Shown here piece after piece: positions 54,493-61,497 of a stretch of DNA of 61,497 nucleotides. Location of the stretch: NCBI GenBank assembly GCA_902794115.1, contig CADBGD010000001.1:1-61497 (forward strand), written 5' to 3'. The DNA is from Oscillospiraceae bacterium (GTDB lineage: Bacteria > Bacillota > Clostridia > Saccharofermentanales > Saccharofermentanaceae). Below the pieces are notes generated by a model, which worked only from the letters and a program-made list of their open reading frames with translations, did not search any database and was not told the DNA's origin. Numbering within the stretch: position 1 is the first letter of the stretch; each line of letters starts with the position of its first letter. Both the position numbers and the translations under genes were made by a program.

Positions 54493-55866
54493 TTACTTGT
54501 TTTCTCTTTTTTTGAGGCTCAATCGCAGCCGTGCTCTCTGCTCATCGGTGAGTTTCTGTATACGCTCACCGGGCGCTTTTTTCTCACAGGATTCCGAAGT
54601 ATTTATTTGCTTTGCTTCCGTTCCCTGCTTCCGGTTAATGGAATACACGTAGTCATCATTACCTATCATCTGCTCAACACGATCAGCTGCTACCGAGATA
54701 CCACGGTTTTCCGCCATCTTCTCAACACATATCCGGTATTTTTCCGAGCCGCGATTTGCCATAAGAGAACGGATCATGTCAGCGACTTTCTCCGGCTGCC
54801 AGTTTCCTGGAAGCAGATAGTCACCCACACCCTGTTCCTTGATCAGTGTTGCATTATACGGTCTGTCTCCATATCCGGGCAGAATCAGTTGCGGTATACC
54901 GATCGCCATTCCTCCCGTAACTGTTCCGATTCCGCCGTGATGGATCAGAACACTTAGTTTCGGCATGATTTCATCAAGTGGGATATATTTGTACCAAACC
55001 ACATTCGAGGGCAGTTCTTTTGGAATAAACTCATCATACTTGCAAAGAACAACGGTCGGCTGGCCAATGATTCCACACGCCTCTATGCTGCTGGTATAGA
55101 AGCTGGCGTCGATCATGGTCGTAGTGCCTCCGGTAATCAGGATCGGATTCGGATTCTTCTCCAACCAATTTGCAAAGTCTTCCGGAATCTCTCTTTGGTA
55201 AGCCGCTTTTCCCTGCTCAAGCGGAAAACCGACCGGATCAATTTTCGTCGGCCACTGATCATCCACATGATCAAACCAGTCCGGCCATAGGGCCAGCGTC
55301 ATTTTTGCACTGCCTTCCCACTGCAGCCAAGAATCTATCGGATCCAGACCAACTGCCTTGCGAAGTTCATTTAAACGAGGAACATCATTCTTTCCTTCGA
55401 GATCTTCAAACAGCAGCATACTGGCTACTTCCGACGGATAACCGATCACAGTGGCCAAAGGAAGCTTTCTCTTCTCCGCCACCATATACGCAGCTACACT
55501 GGAACGGCTCTTGCAAAGAAGAACTGTATCCGGGCTTTGACAGCAGGAGTCGACGATTTTATATTCTTTCAGTCTTAACTGAATGTTTTCTGTACTTTGC
55601 CTGAACTCATTTGATGAATATGAAAAATTACTGCTTTGGAAAGCATGATCATCTTTATTCCGATACATCAGATCCACCAATGCATCGTACTCTTCCGGAG
55701 TATCCCACGGAACAAAGTCCAGCCCGGCCTTCTCAGCCATACCGGCAAAGTGACAGTGCGTAACCAGCGTTACGTGATGACCTCGTCTTTTCAGTTCTGT
55801 ACCAATCCGGACATAGGGAATCACATCCCCATCCAGCCAATGGGTGACAACAACAACATTCGCCAT
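54493..55866 (-). CDS. GT1-family glycosyltransferase, paralogue of 37908-39230
   Basis: Start at MANVVVVTHWLDGDVIPYVRIGTELKRRGHHVTLVTH, by homology with the paralogue's N-terminus. Donor motif HHGGIGTVTGG. The track start at 55995 is a TTG without an RBS. Confidence 0.85.
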   Translation of the reverse strand: MANVVVVTHWLDGDVIPYVRIGTELKRRGHHVTLVTHCHFAGMAEKAGLDFVPWDTPEEYDALVDLMYRNKDDHAFQSSNFSYSSNEFRQSTENIQLRLKEYKIVDSCCQSPDTVLLCKSRSSVAAYMVAEKRKLPLATVIGYPSEVASMLLFEDLEGKNDVPRLNELRKAVGLDPIDSWLQWEGSAKMTLALWPDWFDHVDDQWPTKIDPVGFPLEQGKAAYQREIPEDFANWLEKNPNPILITGGTTTMIDASFYTSSIEACGIIGQPTVVLCKYDEFIPKELPSNVVWYKYIPLDEIMPKLSVLIHHGGIGTVTGGMAIGIPQLILPGYGDRPYNATLIKEQGVGDYLLPGNWQPEKVADMIRSLMANRGSEKYRICVEKMAENRGISVAADRVEQMIGNDDYVYSINRKQGTEAKQINTSESCEKKAPGERIQKLTDEQRARLRLSLKKRENK

Positions 55867-56099
55867 ACCAACTACCTGATCTATGGCTCCATTGCTTTTT
55901 GTCGGTTCTATGCACCCCCATATTTTCTGCACAGCCCGCTTTAATTTCGCACTTTGCTCAGCAAACAAAACCCAACCCACTGGGCCGCCGCGCAAAAAGT
56001 GTCATTATATAGAAAAAGAGACTACAGAAAAAAGTCGACAAAAAAACTACTTTTTTACCAAAAAATCATTAATCCTTTCTTCGTTTTCCTTCCTGCTTA

Positions 56100-56108
56100 A
56101 TTATATCA
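56100..56108 (-). promoter_or_regulatory. Extended -10 element TGATATAAT upstream of the GT-NRPS operon
   Basis: The minus strand reads ggtgTGATATAATtaag, in the 296-nt gap between the ABC genes and the first GT. The nearest TTGAAA is 24 nt away, so there is no proper -35. Confidence 0.35.
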
Positions 56109-56162
56109 CACCAGACGGTCTTTCGATTCTTTCAAAAGTGAAACATTGTGACATTTCTTCCA

Positions 56163-58115
56163 TCACTCCAATTCAAAAGCACCCGTGTACAGCTGGTAGT
56201 ATTTTCCTTTTTCAGCCACGAGTGAAGCGTGGTCTCCCTGCTCGATAATACGGCCATTTTCCAGCACCATGATCATCTCACTGTTTTTTACGGTGGAAAG
56301 CCTATGTGCAATAACAAATACCGTGCGGTTCTCCATCAGCGCATCCATTCCACGCTGCACGATCGCTTCTGTACGTGTATCGATCGAACTGGTTGCTTCA
56401 TCGAGGATCATGACCGGCGGATCAGCCACAGCGGCACGGGCGATCGAAATCAGCTGGCGCTGACCTTGAGACAGTTCCGAACCGTTTGCCGTCAGCAAAG
56501 TATCATACCCTTGCGGAAGCTTACTGATGAAATCATGTGCATTGGCCAGTTTGGCAGCAGCGATACATTCTTCCTCCGTCGCCGAAAGATTTCCGTAGCG
56601 GATATTTTCCATGACAGTTCCCGTGAAAAGTTGAGTGTCCTGAAGCACCACGCCAAGCGAGCGGCGCAGGTCCGCCTTCTTTATTTTATTAATGTTGATA
56701 TCATCGTAGCGGATCTTTCCATCTGCTATGTCATAGAAACGGTTGATCAGATTTGTGATCGTCGTTTTTCCGGCACCGGTTGCACCGACGAAAGCAATCT
56801 TCTGCCCCGGCATGGCATGTAAAGTGATATCGTGAAGCACGGTCTTCTTTCCGTCATAACTAAAATCCACCCCTGAGAAACAAACTTCGCCACGCACAGG
56901 TGAGTACGTCAATGTTCCATCCCCATGCGGATGTTTCCACGCCCAAACATAATCATCATTAGAGTTATGGACAAGCGGCGTCTCCTTCGAAACCTCTATC
57001 AGTTTTTCCCCATCTTTCCGGCAACGCACTAGCGTAACATATCCTTCATCCGGCTCGGATTCTTCATCTAGAAATTGAAAGATTCTTTCCGCCCCGGCCA
57101 TCGCCATATTAATGGCATTCATCTGTCCCGACATCATCGATACCGGTTCTACGAAAGCACGTGTCAGCTGCAGGAAAGATGCAATCACTCCGACAGTAAT
57201 GACGCTCAACTGACAACGGATCGCCAAAAAACCGCCGATAAACGCTACCAGTACATACAGAACTTTTCCGATGCTGTCTGTCAACGGCATCATAATATTG
57301 GCAAAGATGTTCGCCTTCGTCGAATTCAAACAGAGTTCATCATTCTTATGGTCGAATCTCTGTATAGCACGCTTCTCATACGTAAATACTTTAATGACTT
57401 TCTGACCATTGGCCATCTCTTCAATATAACCATTCACATTTCCAAGCGAATCCTGCTGTTTCATGAAGTACTTTGCGCTTTTTCCTCCGACCTTTCCAAT
57501 CAGGAAAAACATTGCCGCCGTACCCATGATGACGGGGATCGTCAATTGCCAGCACAGGAAAAGCATGCCGATCAGATTGGCTGCAAAGGAGATACAAGAA
57601 GAGAGTGTGGTAGGGATACCTTGGGAAATCATCTCCTTCAGGGCATCTACATCATTTGTGTAATGACTCATCACATCTCCGTGTGCGTGAGTATCGAAAA
57701 ACGAAAGCGGAAGAGTCTGCATGTGACGGAACATTTCATCACGGACATTCCGTAATACATTGTTAGCAATCACCATCATGATCTGTGCCGAAAAGAACTC
57801 CACCAGTACCGCAAATCCATACAATAGCCCGAGTTTTCCGATCCATGTTGCTAGTCCGGAGAAATCCACCGCGTTTATTCCTGATGTTTCCGCCGTTTTC
57901 AAAAACGGCATCACGTAGTCATCGAGCAAGTCTTTTATAAACACATTACTCAAAACAGCAACAATAGAGGCGAGAATTATACAAACGACGACCAGACACA
58001 GTAGTAATTTATATTTCCCGGTCAGATAGGAAAGCAAGCGCTTGATATTCTTCATAGAAAGCGGACTTTCCTGCGGTTTTTCCTGTTCCATTGTTTCCTC
58101 ATCGATGACAGACAT
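56163..58115 (-). CDS. ABC exporter half-transporter (TMD-NBD) with a canonical ATPase site
   Basis: Walker A GATGAGKTT, signature LSQGQRQ, Walker B plus catalytic Glu VMILDEATS. The ATG overlaps the upstream stop (TAATG). Confidence 0.92.
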   Translation of the reverse strand: MSVIDEETMEQEKPQESPLSMKNIKRLLSYLTGKYKLLLCLVVVCIILASIVAVLSNVFIKDLLDDYVMPFLKTAETSGINAVDFSGLATWIGKLGLLYGFAVLVEFFSAQIMMVIANNVLRNVRDEMFRHMQTLPLSFFDTHAHGDVMSHYTNDVDALKEMISQGIPTTLSSCISFAANLIGMLFLCWQLTIPVIMGTAAMFFLIGKVGGKSAKYFMKQQDSLGNVNGYIEEMANGQKVIKVFTYEKRAIQRFDHKNDELCLNSTKANIFANIMMPLTDSIGKVLYVLVAFIGGFLAIRCQLSVITVGVIASFLQLTRAFVEPVSMMSGQMNAINMAMAGAERIFQFLDEESEPDEGYVTLVRCRKDGEKLIEVSKETPLVHNSNDDYVWAWKHPHGDGTLTYSPVRGEVCFSGVDFSYDGKKTVLHDITLHAMPGQKIAFVGATGAGKTTITNLINRFYDIADGKIRYDDININKIKKADLRRSLGVVLQDTQLFTGTVMENIRYGNLSATEEECIAAAKLANAHDFISKLPQGYDTLLTANGSELSQGQRQLISIARAAVADPPVMILDEATSSIDTRTEAIVQRGMDALMENRTVFVIAHRLSTVKNSEMIMVLENGRIIEQGDHASLVAEKGKYYQLYTGAFELE

Positions 58116-59842
58116 TACTCCTCGCCTCCCTTCTTCTGAGATTCATATACTTCCCGGTATATATCATTGTCGGCCAAAAGTTCCTGGTGGGTGCCGATAC
58201 CACTGATCCTGCCTTTATCGATCACGATGATTCTATCCGCGTTCTCTACGGAAGAAATACGCTGGGCAATAATCAGCTTCGTCATTCCCGGAATCAATTC
58301 AGAAAAACCTTTCTGAATCTGGGCATCCGTTTTCGTATCGACCGCACTGGTCGAATCATCCAGAATGAGGATCTTCGGCTTTTTCAAAATGGCGCGGGCT
58401 ATACAGAGCCTCTGCTTCTGTCCGCCGGAAACATTGGTTCCGTCCTGTTCAATATACGTGTCGTATCCCTTCGGGAAAGACCGGATAAAAGAGTCCGCCT
58501 GAGCAATCTCACATGCCCGTCTCATCTCCTCGTCCGTTGCTTCCGCATTTCCCCAGCAAAGGTTCTCCCGGATCGTACCCGAGAAAAGAACATTTTTCTG
58601 AAGCACCATGGTTACATTGTCACGGATGACATCCAAATCATAATTCCGCACGTCGACTCCGCCGACTTTGATCCTTCCGGATGTGACATCATAAAGTCGC
58701 GGGATCAGCTGTACCAGAGAAGATTTTCCGCTTCCGGTCCCGCCTATGATTCCCACTGTTTCTCCGGAACGGATATGCAGGTCGATATCTGACAGGCAGC
58801 ACTTCTCCTCGTCATTGGAATAACTGAATGATACATTTTCAAAATCTATGGAGCCGTCTTTCACTTCCAGGATCGGTTCCTCCGGATTTCGGATATCCGG
58901 TTCCTCTTCCAGTATTTCAGCAATACGAGCTGCCGACGCACGGGAAATGACGAGCATAACAATAATCATCGACACCATCATCAGGCTCAGCAGTATCTGC
59001 ATGGTGTAGGTAAACATAATCGTCAGTTGTCCGGTCGTCATCTCCTTCTTTACGACCAGTTTTGCGCCGAACCAGGAAATCAGAAGCATTGCCGTATAGA
59101 TGCTGGACATCATGATCGGGCTGTTGAAATTCAGTGCTCTCTCCGCTTTTACCGAGTCGTTTCGAATACTGTTGGATACAGATGTGAATTTCTCGGTTTC
59201 ATGTTCTTCCCGCACATAAGATTTGACAACACGGATACCACGTACATTTTCCTGAACAACATTATTCATCCGGTCGATCTTAGTAAACATGCGGGTAAAG
59301 ATCGGCTGTGCATAGCGGAAGATAAGATACAAACCGATCAGCATCAGTGGTGCAATACCCAGGAATATCAGTGCCAGTCTGGTATTGATCGTAAAAATCG
59401 CCGTCATAGCAAATATCAGCATGATCGGTGCCTTTACCGCAATCAGAATTATCGTCTGATACGCATTTTGCACATTCATCACATCTGTCGTCAGTCTTGT
59501 GATGATACTGGACGTTTTAAACTTATCTATATTGGAAAATGAGAATTTCTGCAGCTGGCAAAACATATCGTGTCTAAGATTCCGGGCAAATCCGGAGCTT
59601 GCTTTGGCGGCAAAACTTCCGGCTAAAGCTCCGAATGCCAGATATGCCAGCATACACACCAGAATCAGAGTCCCCATCCACCATACGTAGTCCATGTTGG
59701 ATTTTTCAACACCTTCATCGATCAGTTTTCCCATAAGGAACGGCATAATTACTTCCATGGCAACCGCCAGAGAAACCAGGACCGGTGAAAGGATAGATGG
59801 TTTTTTATACTCTCTTACCGAGAGCAGGAGCCTCTTGATCAT
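58115..59842 (-). CDS. ABC exporter half-transporter (TMD-NBD) with a degenerate catalytic residue
   Basis: Walker A GGTGSGKSS and signature VSGGQKQ. Walker B ILILDDSTS has Asp in place of the catalytic Glu, as in heterodimeric exporters. The start overlaps the TE-II stop by 4 nt (ATGA). Confidence 0.92.
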   Translation of the reverse strand: MIKRLLLSVREYKKPSILSPVLVSLAVAMEVIMPFLMGKLIDEGVEKSNMDYVWWMGTLILVCMLAYLAFGALAGSFAAKASSGFARNLRHDMFCQLQKFSFSNIDKFKTSSIITRLTTDVMNVQNAYQTIILIAVKAPIMLIFAMTAIFTINTRLALIFLGIAPLMLIGLYLIFRYAQPIFTRMFTKIDRMNNVVQENVRGIRVVKSYVREEHETEKFTSVSNSIRNDSVKAERALNFNSPIMMSSIYTAMLLISWFGAKLVVKKEMTTGQLTIMFTYTMQILLSLMMVSMIIVMLVISRASAARIAEILEEEPDIRNPEEPILEVKDGSIDFENVSFSYSNDEEKCCLSDIDLHIRSGETVGIIGGTGSGKSSLVQLIPRLYDVTSGRIKVGGVDVRNYDLDVIRDNVTMVLQKNVLFSGTIRENLCWGNAEATDEEMRRACEIAQADSFIRSFPKGYDTYIEQDGTNVSGGQKQRLCIARAILKKPKILILDDSTSAVDTKTDAQIQKGFSELIPGMTKLIIAQRISSVENADRIIVIDKGRISGIGTHQELLADNDIYREVYESQKKGGEE

Positions 59843-60552
59843 TGTTTCTTCTCACCTTCTTTCAAGTACTTTCGAAGATAAGAAACGAACTCTGTATGGT
59901 TATTAAATGCAAAGAAATGGCTGCCTTTAAAGACGTGAAGAGAAAAATCCTGTCCGGTATACTTTTCCCATTCCTGCATATCCTCCGGGGGAGTTTCCTC
60001 GTCCTCCTCACCGAGAAGAGCCAAAAGAGGCACATGGATCTTCCTTTCTTCATAGGAACGCGTATACCGGGTAAACATCTGCACATCAGCATATAAGATA
60101 TCGGCAATCATATCCATCAGTTCCTCACATTCAAGGATCTCCGGTTCAAACTGTCCTCTGGAAATGATCGTCTGTAAAAGTTCTTCTCTGGATAATTCAT
60201 GTAATTGAATGCCTTTATTCCGCATATGAGGCGGCCGGCTTGCGGCAACAATGACTGCTCTGGGAAGCTTGTCTGTTTTCTTTTCCAGAACATATGCCGT
60301 CTCCAGCGCAATTAAAGCACCCATACTGTGCCCGTAGATTACATAATCAGAAGGGTTCTGCCGGAGGATCGTTTCAGAGATCTCCTCCGCTGCGGCTTCA
60401 ATACTGGAATAATAGGGATCACAAAACCGGCTGGCATGTCCGGGGTACTCAATAGGGCAAACTTCGATTTCCGGTTTCAATTCTGAAATCCAGTCTCGAT
60501 ATATACTTGCACTGCCTCCTGCATAAGGCAATGCAAACATCTGCATGCTCAT
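59839..60552 (-). CDS. Type II (stand-alone) thioesterase
   Basis: N-terminus FALPYAGGSASIYRDW, nucleophile elbow YGHSMGA, about 237 aa, GrsT/SrfAD-like layout. Confidence 0.9.
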   Translation of the reverse strand: MSMQMFALPYAGGSASIYRDWISELKPEIEVCPIEYPGHASRFCDPYYSSIEAAAEEISETILRQNPSDYVIYGHSMGALIALETAYVLEKKTDKLPRAVIVAASRPPHMRNKGIQLHELSREELLQTIISRGQFEPEILECEELMDMIADILYADVQMFTRYTRSYEERKIHVPLLALLGEEDEETPPEDMQEWEKYTGQDFSLHVFKGSHFFAFNNHTEFVSYLRKYLKEGEKKQ

Positions 60553-60618
60553 AATTTATCTAAAGTATAAGGATCCCCACCTTATACTCCTTTCGCATTA
60601 TTTCCCCATACCTATTGT

Positions 60619-60627
60619 ATTCTATCA
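60619..60627 (-). promoter_or_regulatory. Extended -10-like element TGATAGAAT upstream of the TE-II/ABC genes
   Basis: The minus strand reads tttgTGATAGAATac, about 65 nt upstream of the TE-II ATG. Confidence 0.3.
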
Positions 60628-60662
60628 CAAAAATATCCGGTAAAAGAAATCGTCGCATCTTC

Positions 60663-61497
60663 TTATTCGATACTCTTCAGCGACTCGGTCATGTCGATCC
60701 GGCGGATCTTGCCGCGCATCATGAAGTCCACGGCCATGGAAAAGAGGATGACCAGAAGGAGCGAGTAAACATAGCTCATGGGCAGGATCAATACCTTGTA
60801 GGCCACGATATCCATCTTGATCTGGGAGATCACGAAGCGGTGCAGGGCGATGCCTGTCGGGATCCCTACGATAAAGCCCAGAAGGCAGAGGATAAAGTTC
60901 TCGCGGAACACATAGCTTCCGGTTTCGCCTTTTCGGAAGCCCAGGACTTTGAGGGTCGCGATCTCCCGGGTCCTTTCGGCGATGTTGATGTTATTCAGGT
61001 TAAACAGCACGATAAAGGCCAGAAGCGCGGCACAGGTAATGACCAGTATCACGATATAATTCATCTTTTCCATGGTATTGGAGAAGTTCTTTCTTCCTTC
61101 TTCCATAATGCTCCAGGACTGGATATGCTCCTCCGATCCGATGGCGGAACCGAACTCGTAGGAAGTTCCTTCCGGCACGCGAACCAGTGCGCTGTTCGGT
61201 ACATATTCTTCGGCAAAAGCACTTTCGTAGGTGCTTTTGTCCATGATGGCGTAGTGGAATGTGTAATTCTCGAAAATGTAGCCGATGGGGCAGGTTATGG
61301 TCTTTCCCTCTTCTCCGTATTCCAGTGTGATGGTATCGCCTACTTCCAGTCCGTTACTTTCGGCAAGCTTAATGCTGATGCCGATTTTCCCCGATTCAGG
61401 AAGAGCATATTCTTCTTTCCCGTTATGGGGACGCACATACTGAATGAATGCCGGATCGTCGGCCACGAACAAAGTCACATCCCGGATGGCGCTTTTA
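60663..61497 (-). CDS. FtsX/MacB-type ABC transporter permease, C-terminal part (5'-truncated by the window edge)
   Basis: The frame stays open to the window end, and the track 'M' is a GTG. It has an extracytoplasmic domain followed by the FtsX motif region (ERTREIATLKVLGFRKGE...) and 3 TM helices. Confidence 0.85.
   Translation of the reverse strand, partial: KSAIRDVTLFVADDPAFIQYVRPHNGKEEYALPESGKIGISIKLAESNGLEVGDTITLEYGEEGKTITCPIGYIFENYTFHYAIMDKSTYESAFAEEYVPNSALVRVPEGTSYEFGSAIGSEEHIQSWSIMEEGRKNFSNTMEKMNYIVILVITCAALLAFIVLFNLNNINIAERTREIATLKVLGFRKGETGSYVFRENFILCLLGFIVGIPTGIALHRFVISQIKMDIVAYKVLILPMSYVYSLLLVILFSMAVDFMMRGKIRRIDMTESLKSIE

Noticed and set aside
56028-56056. AT-only hairpin AAAAAAGT...ACTTTTTT after the ABC genes, as an intrinsic terminator separating two operons
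   Set aside because: The stem is 8 bp of almost pure A-T with a 13-nt loop, which is too weak to call. Whether the TE/ABC and GT/NRPS genes form one or two transcripts is left open.
59820-61441. Apparent single-base frameshifts in the ABC-1, TE-II and FtsX genes when I translate the printed sequence across the line breaks at 59820/59821, 60480/60481 and 61440/61441
   Set aside because: Each discrepancy sits exactly at a line boundary (one base seemingly missing, two seemingly duplicated). The computed ORF track shows intact reading frames with the expected lengths. I treat these as display or reading artefacts, not pseudogenes, and used track coordinates.
1-61497. A search for rRNA, tRNA, CRISPR, T-box or known riboswitch leaders, prophage or toxin-antitoxin modules
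   Set aside because: I could not recognise any cloverleaf-type tRNA, rRNA segment, spacer-repeat array, T-box specifier/terminator pair or phage structural genes by eye. The absence is provisional until tRNAscan-SE, Infernal and PADLOC/DefenseFinder are run.

Overview
This window looks like a Firmicutes/Clostridia-type chromosome (a guess from gene content only). It has no rRNA, tRNA, CRISPR array, transposase or integrase that I can see. Positions 1-37 kb are a mosaic of accessory genes. They include two adjacent lipoproteins sharing an acidic 15-aa repeat (a 45-nt tandem array at the left edge) next to an OmpR-type two-component system. They also include XRE/AraC regulators, a cluster of zinc-ribbon membrane proteins, a GH8 exo-oligoxylanase, and a lipoprotein carrying a canonical EPN/WND C-type lectin domain. 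A GNAT-rich 'small-molecule modification' stretch follows, with five GNATs, an MFS exporter, Nudix, methyltransferase, hydrolases and an MBL-fold protein. The main finding is at about 37.1-60.6 kb, all on the minus strand and visibly more AT-rich than the flanks. It is a compact nonribosomal peptide cluster that I do not recognise as any characterised pathway. It encodes a type II thioesterase translationally coupled to a heterodimeric ABC exporter, and two paralogous GT1 glycosyltransferases. It also encodes a NodB/CE4 deacetylase, a fused GHMP sugar kinase / UDP-sugar pyrophosphorylase, and a 3520-aa NRPS (C-A-T x3 plus a terminal C-like domain with NHxxxD). A stand-alone A-T protein and an Sfp-type PPTase complete it, and a strong terminator closes the cluster. 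My inference is a glycosylated, possibly amino-sugar-bearing, short peptide. CDS coordinates follow the ORF track, with starts re-chosen where RBS, homology or gene overlap argue for an internal start. Hand-located motifs are good to about +/-2 nt. All functional calls rest on motif recognition by eye; no searches were run.
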